From Bugula neritina (Eukaryota > Animalia > Bryozoa), in NCBI GenBank assembly GCA_964035545.1, contig OZ037766.1, positions 18,439,081 through 18,503,080 of the forward strand: a stretch of 64,000 bases of DNA, written 5' to 3'. Both the position numbers and the translations under genes were made by a program. Each line of letters opens with the position of its first letter. Position 1 is the stretch's first letter. The notes under the pieces are model-generated. The model was given only the letters and a program-made list of their open reading frames with translations, was not told the origin of the DNA and ran no database searches. Positions 26,273-39,479 of the stretch are shown in pieces.

Positions 26273-28929
26273 AAATATGTTGCAATGTATTTCAATATGT
26301 TACAGTGTATTTCAGTATCTTACAGTACATTTCCGTAAATTACACTACACTTCAGTGAGTTGTAGTATATTTCAGTATCTTGCAGTATATCTCAGTATGT
26401 TACAGTATATTTCAGTATGTTACAGTATATTTCAGTGTGTTACAGTAAATTTCAGTATGTTACAGTGCATTTGCAGATATTACACTATACTTTAGTGAGT
26501 TTTAGTGTCTTTCAGTATCTTGCAGTATATTTCAGTATGTTGCAATATTTTGCAATATATTTTAGTATCTTACAGTGTATTTCAGTACCTTGCAGTATAT
26601 TTCAGTATGATACAATAAATTTCAGTGTGTTACAGTACATTTCTGCAAATTACACTATACTTCAGTGAGTTGTAGTATATTTCAGTATCTTGCAGTATAT
26701 CTCAGTATGTTACAGTTGATTTCAGTATGTTCCAGTATATTTCAGCGTGTTTCAGTATATTTCAGGATGCCACAGTGCATTTTCAGATTTTTCACCATAC
26801 TTCAGTGAGTTTTAGTGTCTTTCAGTATGTTGCAGTATATTTCGGTATCTTGCAACTTATTTCAATGTGTTGCAATGTAATTCAATATGTTACAGTGTAT
26901 TTCAGTATGTTACAGTGTATTTCAGCATGTTGCAGTATATTTCATTATGTTGCAGTATGCTGCAGTATGTTTCAGTAGTTTGCAACATATTTCAGTAGGT
27001 TAGTATATATTTCGGTATGTTGCAGCATATTTCAATGTGTTGCAGTGTATTTCAATATGTTACAGTGTATTTCAGTATGTTGCAGTATGTTGCAGTATGC
27101 TGCAGTATGTTGCAGTGTATTTCTGTATGTTACAGTGTATTTCAGTATGTTGCAGTATATTTCAGTATGTTACAGTATATTTCAGTATGTTGCAGTATAT
27201 TTCAGTGGGTTATAGTCTATTTCAGTATGATACAGCGTCTTTCAGTATGTTACAGTGTATTTCAGTATGTTGCAGTATTTTGCAATATGTTTCAGTATGT
27301 TACAGTGTATTTCAGTATGTTCCAGTATAATTCAGTATGTTACAATAAATTTCAGTATGTTACAGTACATTTTCGTAAATTACACTATACTTCAGTGAGT
27401 TGTAGTATATTTCAGTATCTTGCAGTATATCTCAGTATGTTACAGTATATTTCAGTATGTTACAGTATATTTCACTGTGTTACAGTAAATTTCAATATGT
27501 TACAGTGCATTTGCAGATATTACACTATACTTCAGTGAGTTTTAGTGCCTTTCAGTATGTTACAGTGTATTTCAGTATGTTGCAGTATTTTGCAATATAT
27601 ATCAGTATGTTACAGTGTATTTCAGTATGTTGCAGTATATTTCAGTATGTTACAATAAATTTCAGTATGTTACAGCATATTTCCATGAATTACACTATAC
27701 TTCAGTGAGTTGTAGTATATTTCAGTATCTTGCAGTATATCTCAGTATGTTACAGTATATTTCAGTTTGTTACAGTAAATTTCAGTATGTCACAGTGCAT
27801 TTGCAGATATTACACTATACTTCAGTGAGTTTTAGTGTCTTTCTGTATGTTGCAGTATATTTCGGTATTTTGCAACATATTTCAATATGTTGCAATGTAT
27901 TTCAATATGTTACAGTGTATTTCAGTATGTTGCAGTATGTTGCAATGTATTTCAGAATGTTACAGTGTATTTCAGTAGGTTTCAGTATCTTGCAGTATAT
28001 TTCAGCATGTTGCAGTATATTTCGGGATGTTGCAGTATATTTCAGTATGTTACGGTGTTTTGCAGTATTTTGCAGTATATTTCAGTGTGTTACAGTATAT
28101 TTCATTATGTTGCAGTATGTTGCAGTATATTTCAGTATGTTACAGTATATTTCAGTTTGTTACAGTAAATTTCAGTATGTTACAGTGCATTTGCAGATAT
28201 TACACTATACTTCAGTGAGTTTTAGTGTCTTTCATTATGTTGCAGTATATTTCAGTATGTTGCAGTATTTTGCAATGTATTTCAATATGTTACAGTGTAT
28301 TTCAGTATGTTGCAGTATGTTGCAATGTATTTCAGTATGTTACAGTGTATTTCAGTATCTTACAGTACATTTCCGTAAATTACACTACACTTCAGTGAGT
28401 TGTAGTATATTTCAGTATGTTGCAGTATATCTCAGTATGTTACAGTATATTTCAGTATGTTACAGTATATTTCAGTGTGTTACAGTAAATTTCAGTATGT
28501 TACAGTGCATTTGCAGATATTACACTATACTTCAGTGAGTTTTAGTGTCTTTCAGTATCTTGCAGTATATTTCAGTATGTTGCAATATTTTGCAATATAT
28601 TTTAGTATGTTATAGTGTATTTCAGTACGTTGCAGTATATTTCAGTATGATACAATAAATTTCAGTGTGTTACAGTACATTTCTGCAAATTACACTATAC
28701 TTCAGTGAGTTGTAGTATATTTCAGTATCTTGTAGTATATCTCAGTATGTTACAGTATATTTCAGTATGTTGCAGTATATTTCAGCGTGTTTGAGTATAT
28801 TTCAGTATGACACAGTGCATTTCCAGATATTACGCTATACTTCCGTGAGTTTTAGTGTCTTTCAGTATGTTGCAGTATATTTCGGTGTTTTGCAACATAT
28901 TTCAATATGTTGCAATGTATTTCAATATG

Positions 28930-31900
28930 TTACAGTGTATTTCAGTATGTTGCAGTATGTTGCAATGTATTTCAGTATGTTACAGTGTATTTCAGTAGGT
29001 TTCAGTATCTTGCAGTATATTTCAGCATGTTGCAGTATATTTCAGGATGTTGCAGTATATTTCAGTATGTTACAGTGTTTTGCAGTATTTTGCAGTATAT
29101 TTCAGTGTGTTACAGTATATTTCATTATGTTGCAGTATGTTGCAGTATATTTCAGTAGTTTGCAACGTATTTCAGTAGGTTACCATATATTTCGGTATGT
29201 TGCAGCATATTTCAAGGTGTTGCAGTGTATTTCAATATGTTACAGTGTATTTCAGTCTGTTGCAGTATGTTCCATTATGCTGCAGTGTATTTCTGTATGT
29301 TACAGTGTATTTCAGTATGTTGCAGTACATTTCAGTATGTTACAGTATATTTCAGTATGTTGCAGTATATTTCAGTGGGTTATAGCATATTTCAGTATGA
29401 TACAGCGTATTTCAGTATGTTACAGTGTACTTCAGTATGTTGCAGTATTTTGCAATATATTTCAGTATGTTACAGTGTATTTCAGTATGTTGCAGTATAA
29501 TTCAGTATGTTACAATAAATTTCAGTGTGTTACAGTACATTTCCGTAAATTACACTATACTTCAGTGAGTTGTAGTATATTTCAGTATCTTGCAGTATAT
29601 CTCAGTATGTTACAATATATTTCAGTATCTTACAGTACATTTCCGTAAATTACACTACACTTCAGTGAGTTGTAGTATATTTCAGTATCTTGCAGTATAT
29701 CTCAGTATGTTACAGTATATTTCAGTATGTTACAGTATATTTCAGTGTGTTACAGTAAATTTCAGTATGTTACAGTGCATTTGCAGATATTACACTATAC
29801 TTTAGTGAGTTTTAGTGTCTTTCAGTATCTTGCAGTATATTTCAGTATGTTGCAGTATTTTGCAATATATTTTAGTATGTTACGGTGTATTTCAGTACGT
29901 TGCAGTATATTTCAGTATGATACAATAAGTTTCAGTGTGTTACAGTACATTTCTGCAAATTACACTATACTTCAGTGAGTTGTAGTATATTTCAGTATCT
30001 TGCAGTATATCTCAGTATGTTACAGTTGATTTCAGTATGTTCCAGTATATTTCAGCGTGTTTCAGTATATTTCAGTATGCCACAGTGCATTTTCAGATTT
30101 TTCACTAAACTTCAGTGAGTTTTAGTGTCTTTCAGTATGTTGCAGTATATTTCGGTATCTTGCAACTTATTTCAATGTGTTGCAATGTAATTCCATATGT
30201 TACAGTGTATTTCAGTATATTGCAGTATGTTGCAGTGTATTTCAGTATGTTACAGTGTATTTCAGTAGGTTTCAGTATCTTGCAGTATATTTCAGTATGT
30301 TGCAGTATATTTCAGTGGGTTACAGTATATTCCAGTATGTTCCAGTATGTTGCAGTATATTTCAGGATGTTGCAGTGTATTTCATTATGTTACAGTGTAT
30401 TTCAGTGGTTTGCAACATATTTCAGTAGGTTACCATATATTTCGGTATGTTGCAGCATATTTCAATGCGTTGCAGTGTATTTCAATATGTTACAGTGTAT
30501 TTCAGTATGTTGCAGTATGTTGCAGTGTATTTCTGTATGTTACGGTGTAGTTCAGTATGTTGCAGTATATTTCAGTATGTTACAGTATGTTTCAGTATGT
30601 TGCAGTATATTTCGGTATCTTGCAACTTATTTCAATGTGTTGCAATGTAATTCAATATGTTACAGTGTATTTCAATATGTTGCAGTACATTTCAGTATGT
30701 TACAGTATATTTCAGTATGTTGCAGTATATTTCAGTGGGTTATAGCATATTTCAGTATGATACAGCGTATTTCAGTATGTTACAGTGTACTTAAGTATGT
30801 TGCAGTATTTTGCAATATATTTCAGTATGTTACAGTGTATTTCAGTATGTTGCAGTATATTATAGTATGTTACAATAAATTTCAGTATGTTACAGTACAT
30901 TTCCGTAAGTTACACTATACTTCAGGTAGTTGTAGTATATTTCAGTATCTTGCAGTATATCTCAGTATGTTACAGCATATTTCATTGTGTTGCAGTGTAT
31001 TTCAATATGTTACAGTGTATTTCAGTATGTTGCAGTATGTTGCAGTATGCTGCAGTATGTTGCAGTGTATTTCTGTATTTTACAGTGTATTTCAGTATGT
31101 CGCAGTATATTTCAGCATGTTACAGTATATTTCAGTATGTTGCAGTATATTTCAGTGGGTTATAGTATATTTCAGTATGATACAGCGTATTTCGTTATGT
31201 TACAGTGTATGTCAGTATGTTGCAGTATTTTCCAATGTATTTCAGTATGTTACAGTGTATTTCAGTATGTTGCAGTATAATTCAGTATGTTACAATAAAT
31301 TTCAGTATGTTACAGTACATTTCCGTAAATTACACTATACTTCAGTGAGTTGTAGTATATTTCAGTATCTTGCAGTATATCTCAGTATGTTACAGTATAT
31401 TTCAGTATTTTACAGTATGTTGCAATGTATTTCAGTATGTTACAGTGTAATTCAGTATCTTACAGTACATTTCCGTAAATTACACTACACTTCAGTGAGT
31501 TGTAGTATATTTCAGTATCTTGCAGTATATCTCAGTATGTTACAGTATATTTCAGTATGTTACAGTATATTTCAGTGTGTTACAGTAATTTTCAGTATGT
31601 TACAGTGCATTTGCAGATATTACACTATACTTCAGTGAGTTTTAGTGTCTTTCAGTATCTTGCAGTATATTTCAGTATGTTGCAATATTTAGCAATATAT
31701 TTTAGTATGTTATAGTGTATTTCAGTACGTTGCAGTATATTTCAGTATGATACAATAAATTTCAGTGTGTTACAGTACATTTCTGCAAATTACACTATAC
31801 TTCAGTGAGTTGTAGTATATTTCAGTATCTTGCAGTATATCTCAGTATGTTACAGTTGATTTCAGTATGTTCCGGTATATTTCAGCGTGTTTCAGTATAT

Positions 31901-34900
31901 TTCAGTATGCCACAGTGCATTTTCAGATTATTCACTATACTTCAGTGAGTTTTAGTGTCTTTCAGTATGTTGCAGTATATTTCGGTATCTTGCAACTTAT
32001 TTCAATGTGTTGCAATGTAATTCAGTATGTTACAGTGTATTTCAGTATGTTACAGTGTATTTCAGTATGTTGCAGTATTTTGCAATATATATCAGTATGT
32101 TACAGTGCATTTCAGTATGTTGCAGTATGTTTCAGTATGTTACAATAAATTTCAGTTTGTTACAGTATATTTCCGTAAATTACACTATACTTCAGTGAGT
32201 TGTAGTATATTTCAGTATCTTGCAGTATATCTCAGTATGTTACAGTATATTTCAGTATGTTACAGTATATTTCAGTTTGTTACAGTAAATTTCAGTATGT
32301 TACAGTGCATTTGCAGATATTACACTATACTTCAGTGAGTTTTAGTGTCTTTCATTATGTTGCAGTATATTTCAGTATGTTGCAGTAATTTGCAATACAT
32401 TTTATTATGTTACAGTGTATTTCAGTATGTTGCAGTATGTTGCAATGTATTTCAGTATGTTACAGTGTATTTCAGTAGGTTTCAGTATCTTGCAGTATAT
32501 TTCAGCATGTTGCAGTATATTTCAGGATGTTGCAGTATATTTCAGTATGTTACAGTGTTTTGCAGTATTTTGCAGTATATTTCAGTGTGTTACAGTATAT
32601 TTCATTATGTTGCTGTATGTTGCAGTATATTTCAGTAGTTTGCAACATATTTCAGTAGGTTACCATATATTTCGGTATGTTGCAGCATATTTCAAGGTGT
32701 TGCAGTGTATTTCAATATGTTACAGTGTATTTCAGTCTGTTGCAGTATGTTCCATTATGCTGCAGTGTATTTCTGTATGTTACAGTGTATTTCAGTATGT
32801 TGCAGTACATTTCAGTATGTTACAGTATATTTCAGTATGTTGCAGTATATTTCAGTGGGTTATAGCATATTTCAGTATGATACAGCGTATTTCAGTATGT
32901 TACAGTGTACTTCAGTATGTTGCAGTATTTTGCAATGTATTTCAGTATGTTACAGTGTATTTCAGTATGTTGCAGTATAATTCAGTATGTTACAATAAAT
33001 TTCAGTGTGTTACAGTACATTTCCGTAAATTACACTATACTTCAGTGAGTTGTAGTATATTTCAGTATCTTGCAGTATATCTCAGTATGTTACAATATAT
33101 TTCAGTATCTTACAGTACATTTCCGTAAATTACACTACACTTCAGTGAGTTGTAGTATATTTCAGTATCTTGCAGTATATCTCAGTATGTTACAGTATAT
33201 TTCAGTATGTTACAGTATATTTCAGTGTGTTACAGTAAATTTCAGTATGTTACAGTGCATTTGCAGATATTACACTATACTTTAGTGAGTTTTAGTGTCT
33301 TTCAGTATCTTGCAGTATATTTCAGTATGTTGCAGTATTTTGCAATATATTTTAGTATGTTACGGTGTATTTCAGTACGTTGCAGTATATTTCAGTATGA
33401 TACAATAAGTTTCAGTGTGTTACAGTACATTTCTGCAAATTACACTATACTTCAGTGAGTTGTAGTATATTTCAGTATCTTGCAGTATATCTCAGTATGT
33501 TACAGTTGATTTCAGTATGTTCCAGTATATTTCAGCGTGTTTCTGTATATTTCAGTATGCCACAGTGCATTTTCAGATTTTTCACTAAACTTCAGTGAGT
33601 TTTAGTGTCTTTCAGTATGTTGCAGTATATTTCGGTATCTTGCAACTTATTTCAATGTGTTGCAATGTAATTCCATATGTTACAGTGTATTTCAGTATGT
33701 TGCAGTATGTTGCAGTGTATTTCAGTATGTTACAGTGTATTTCAGTAGGTTTCAGTATCTTGCAGTATATTTCGGTATGTTGCAGTATATTTCAGTGGGT
33801 TACAGTATATTCCAGTATGTTCCAGTATGTTGCAGTATATTTCAGGATGTTGCAGTGTATTTCATTATGTTACAGTGTATTTCAGTGGTTTGCAACATAT
33901 TTCAGTAGGTTACCATATATTTCGGTATGTTGCAGGATATTTCAATGCGTTGCAGTGTATTTCAATATGTTACAGTGTATTTCAGTATGTTGCAGTATGT
34001 TGCAGTGTATTTCTGTATGTTACGGTGTAGTTCAGTATGTTGCAGTATATTTCAGTATGTTACAGTATGTTGCAGTATGTTGCAGTATATTTCGGTATCT
34101 TGCAACTTATTTCAATGTGTTGCAATGTAATTCAATATGTTACAGTGTATTTCAATATGTTGCAGTACATTTCAGTATGTTACAGTATATTTCAGTATGT
34201 TGCAGTATATTTCAGTGGGTTATAGCATATTTCAGTATGATACAGCGTATTTCAGTATGTTACAGTGTACTTACGTATGTTGCAGTATTTTGCAATATAT
34301 TTCAGTATGTTACAGTGTATTTCAGTATGTTGCAGTATATTTCAGTATGTTACAATAAATTTCAGTATGTTACAGTACATTTCCGTAAGTTACACTATAC
34401 TTCAGGTAGTTGTAGTATATTTCAGTATCTTGCAGTATATCTCAGTATGTTACAGCATATTTCATTGTGTTGCAGTGTATTTCAATATGTTACAGTGTAT
34501 TTCAGTATGTTGCAGTATGTTGCAGTATGCTGCAGTATGTTGCAGTGTATTTCTGTATTTTACAGTGTATTTCAGTATGTTGCAGTATATTTCAGCATGT
34601 TACAGTATATTTCAGTATGTTGCAGTATATTTCAGTGGGTTATAGTATATTTCAGTATGATACAGCGTATTTCGTTATGTTACAGTGTATGTCAGTATGT
34701 TGCAGTATTTTCCAATGTATTTCAGTATGTTACAGTGTATTTCAGTATGTTGCAGTATAATTCAGTATGTTACAATAAATTTCAGTATGTTACAGTACAT
34801 TTCCGTAAATTACACTATACTTCAGTGAGTTGTAGTATATTTCAGTATCTTGCAGTATATCTCAGTATGTTACAGTATATTTCAGTATGTTACAGTATGT

Positions 34901-35900
34901 TGCAATGTATTTCAGTATGTTACAGTGTAATTCAGTATCTTACAGTACATTTCCGTAAATTACACTACACTTCAGTGAGTTGTAGTATATTTCAGTATCT
35001 TGCAGTATATCTCAGTATGTTACAGTATATTTCAGTATGTTACAGTATATTTCAGTGTGTTACAGTAATTTTCAGTATGTTACAGTGCATTTGCAGATAT
35101 TACACTATACTTCAGTGAGTTTTAGTGTCTTTCAGTATCTTGCAGTATATTTCAGTATGTTGCAATATTTTGCAATATATTTTAGTATGTTATAGTGTAT
35201 TTCAGTACGTTGCAGTATATTTCAGTATGATACAATAAATTTCAGTGTGTTACAGTACATTTCTGCAAATTACACTATACTTCAGTGAGTTGTAGTATAT
35301 TTCAGTATCTTGCAGTATATCTCAGTATGTTACAGTTGATTTCAGTATGTTCCGGTATATTTCAGCGTGTTTCAGTATATTTCAGTATGCCACAGTGCAT
35401 TTTCAGATTATTCACTATACTTCAGTGAGTTTTAGTGTCTTTCAGTATGTTGCAGTATATTTCGGTATCTTGCAACTTATTTCAATGTGTTGCAATGTAA
35501 TTCAATATGTTACAGTGTATTTCAGTATGTTACAGTGTATTTCAGTATGTTGCAGTATTTTGCAATATATATCAGTATGTTACAGTGTATTTCAGTATGT
35601 TGCAGTATGTTTCAGTATGTTACAATAAATTTCAGTATGTTACAGTATATTTCCGTAAATTACACTATACTTCAGTGAGTTGTAGTATATTTCAGTATCT
35701 TGCAGTATATCTCAGTATGTTACAGTATATTTCAGTATGTTACAGTATATTTCAGTTTGTTACAGTAAATTTCAGTATGTTACAGTGCATTTGCAGATAT
35801 TACACTATACTTCAGTGAGTTTTGGTGTCTTTCATTATGTTGCAGTATATTTCAGTATGTTGCAGTAATTTGCAATACATTTTATTATGTTACAGTGTAT
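28930..35900 (+). repeat. Tandem duplication, about 2 x 3480 bp
   Basis: ORF pairs 29197/32677, 29727/33207, 30115/33595 and 31867/35347. Boundaries are approximate. Confidence 0.8.
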
Positions 35901-37200
35901 TTCAGTATGTTGCAGTATATTTCAGTTTGATACAATAAATTTCAGTATGTTACAGTACATTTCCGTAAATTACACTATACTTCAGTGAGTTGTAGTATAT
36001 TTCAGTATCTTGCAGTATATCTCAGTATGTTACAGTATATTTCAGTATGTTACAGTATGTTGCAATGTATTTCAGTATGTTACAGTGTAATTCAGTATCT
36101 TACAGTACATTTCCGTAAATTACACTACACTTCAGTGAGTTGTAGTATATTTCAGTATCTTGCAGTATATCTCAGTATGTTACAGTATATTTCAGTATGT
36201 TACAGTATATTTCAGTGTGTTACAGTAATTTTCAGTATGTTACAGTGCATTTGCAGATATTACACTATACTTCAGTGAGTTTTAGTGTCTTTCAGTATCT
36301 TGCAGTATATTTCAGTATGTTGCAATATTTTGCAATATATTTTAGTATGTTATAGTGTATTTCAGTACGTTGCAGTATATTTCAGTATGATACAATAAAT
36401 TTCAGTGTGTTACAGTACATTTCTGCAAATTACACTATACTTCAGTGAGTTGTAGTATATTTCAGTATCTTGCAGTATATCTCAGTATGTTACAGTTGAT
36501 TTCAGTATGTTCCGGTATATTTCAGCGTGTTTCAGTATATTTCAGTATGCCACAGTGCATTTTCAGATTATTCACTATACTTCAGTGAGTTTTAGTGTCT
36601 TTCAGTATGTTGCAGTATATTTCGGTATCTTGCAACTTATTTCAATGTGTTGCAATGTAATTCAATATGTTACAGTGTATTTCAGTATGTTACAGTGTAT
36701 TTCAGTATGTTGTAGTATTTTGCAATATATATCAGTATGTTACAGTGTATTTCAGTATGTTGCAGTATGTTTCAGTATGTTACAATAAATTTCAGTATGT
36801 TACAGTATATTTCCGTAAATTACACTATACTTCAGTGAGTTGTAGTATATTTCAGTATCTTGCAGTATATCTCAGTATGTTACAGTATATTTCAGTATGT
36901 TACAGTATATTTCAGTTTGTTACAGTAAATTTCAGTATGTTACAGTGCATTTGCAGATATTACACTATACTTCAGTGAGTTTTAGTGTCTTTCATTATGT
37001 TGCAGTATATTTCAGTATGTTGCAGTAATTTGCAATACATTTTATTATGTTACAGTGTATTTCAGTATGTTGCAGTATATTTCAGTTTGATACAATAAAT
37101 TTCAGTATGTTACAGTACATTTCCGTAAATTACACTATACTTCAGTGAGTTGTAGTATATTTCAGTATCTTGCAGTATATCTCAGTATGTTACAGTATAT
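34800..37200 (+). repeat. Tandem duplication, about 2 x 1160 bp
   Basis: ORF pairs 35347/36507 and 35507/36667; rare variant TCCGGTATAT at 35351/36511. Confidence 0.75.
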
Positions 37201-39479
37201 TTCAGTATGTTGCAGTATATTTCAGCGTGTTGCAGTATATTTCAGGATGTTACGGTGTTTTGCAGTATTTTGCAGTATATTTCAGTGTGTTACAGTATAT
37301 TTCATTATGTTGCAGTATGTTGCAGTATATTTCAGTATGTTACAGTATATTTCAGTTTGTTACAGTAAATTTCAGTATGTTACAGTGCATTTGCAGATAT
37401 TACACTATACTTCAGTGAGTTTTAGTGTCTTTCATTATGTTGCAGTATATTTCAGTATGTTGCAGTATTTTGCAATGTATTTCAATATGTTACAGTGTAT
37501 TTCAGTATGTTGCAGTATGTTGCAATGTATTTCAGTATGTTACAGTGTATTTCAGTATCTTACAGTACATTTCCGTAAATTACACTACACTTCAGTGAGT
37601 TGTAGTATATTTCAGTATCTTGCAGTATATCTCAGTATGTTACAGTATATTTCAGTATGTTACAGTATATTTCAGTGTGTTACAGTAAATTTCAGTATGT
37701 TACAGTGCATTTGCAGATATTACACTATACTTCAGTGAGTTTTAGTGTCTTTCAGTATCTTGCAGTATATTTCAGTATGTTGCAGTATTTTGCAATGTAT
37801 TTCAATATGTTACAGTGTATTTCAGTATGTTGCAGTATGTTGCAATGTATTTCAGTATGTTACAGTGTATTTCAGTATCTTACAGTACATTTCCGTAAAT
37901 TACACTACACTTCAGTGAGTTGTAGTATATTTCAGTATCTTGCAGTATATCTCAGTATGTTACAGTATATTTCAGTATGTTACAGTATATTTCAGCGTGT
38001 TTCAGTATATTTCAGTATGCCACAGTGCATTTTCAGATTATTCACTATACTTCAGTGAGTTTTAGTGTCTTTCAGTATGTTGCATTATATTTCGGTATCT
38101 TGCAACTTATTTCAATGTGTTGCAATGTAATTCAATATGTTACAGTGTATTTCAGTATGTTACAGTGTATTTCAGTATGTTGCAGTATTTTGCAATATAT
38201 ATCAGTATGTTACAGTGTATTTCAGTATGTTGCAGTATGTTTCAGTATGTTACAATAAATTTCAGTATGTTACAGTATATTTCCGTAAATTACACTATAC
38301 TTCAGTGAGTTGTAGTATATTTCAGTATCTTGCAGTATATCTCAGTATGTTACAGTATATTTCAGTATGTTACAGTATATTTCAGTTTGTTACAGTAAAT
38401 TTCAGTATGTTACAGTGCATTTGCAGATATTACACTATACTTCAGTGAGTTTTAGTGTCTTTCATTATGTTGCAGTATATTTCAGTATGTTGCAGTAATT
38501 TGCAATACATTTTATTATGTTACAGTGTATTTCAGTATGTTGCAGTATATTTCAGTTTGATACAATAAATTTCAGTATGTTACAGTACATTTCCGTAAAT
38601 TACACTATACTTCAGTGAGTTGTAGTATATTTCAGTATCTTGCAGTATATCTCAGTATGTTACAGTATATTTCAGTATGTTGCAGTATATTTCAGCGTGT
38701 TTGAGTATATTTCAGTATGACACAGTGCATTTCCAGATATTACGCTATACTTCAGTGAGTTTTAGTGTCTTTCAGTATGTTGCAGTATATTTCGGTGTTT
38801 TGCAACATATTTCAATATGTTGCAATGTATTTCAATATGTTACAGTGTATTTCAGTATGTTGCAGTATGTTGCAATGTATTTCAGTATGTTACAATGTAT
38901 TTCAGTAGGTTTCAGTATCTTGCAGTATATTTCAGCGTGTTTCAGTATATTTCAGTATGCCACAGTGCATTTTCAGGTTATTCACTATACTTCAGTGAGT
39001 TTTAGTGTCTTTCAGTATGTTGCAGTATATTTCGGTATCTTGCAACTTATTTCAATGTGTTGCAATGTAATTCAATATGTTACAGTGTATTTCAGTATGT
39101 TGCAGTACATTTCAGTATGTTACAGTTTATTTCAGTATGTTGCAGTATATTTCAGTGGGTTATAGCATATTTCAGTATGATACAGCGTATTTCAGTATGT
39201 TACAGTGTACTTCAGTATGTTGCAGTATTTTGCAATATATTTCAGTATGTTACAGTGTATTTCAGTATGTTGCAGTATATTTCAGTATGTTACAATAAAT
39301 TTCAGTATGTTACAGTACATTTCCGTAAATTACACTATACTTCAGGTAGTTGTAGTATATTTCAGTATCTTGCAGTATATCTCAGTATGTTACAGCATAT
39401 TGCATTGTGTTGCAGTGTATTTCAATATGTTACAGTGTATTTCAGTATGTTGCAGTATGTTGCAGTATGCTGCAGTATG

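Larger units (their letters stand above)
22128..26627 (+). repeat. Tandem duplication: copy 1 about 22128-24846 (2719 bp, with transposon), copy 2 about 24847-26627 (1781 bp, with footprint)
   Basis: The offset is 2719 before the site (22195/24914, 22817/25536, 23416/26135) and 1781 after it (24496/26277, 24636/26417). The 938-bp difference equals 941 (element plus TSD) minus the 3-bp footprint. The private variant TTCAATATCT is shared at 23081/25800. Confidence 0.88.

Noticed and set aside
28015-28030. CENP-B box (TTCG...CGGG)
   Set aside because: The few CGGG sites seen (about 28023, 51674, 52854) lack the required TTCGnnnnAnnCGGG spacing. This was checked by eye only.
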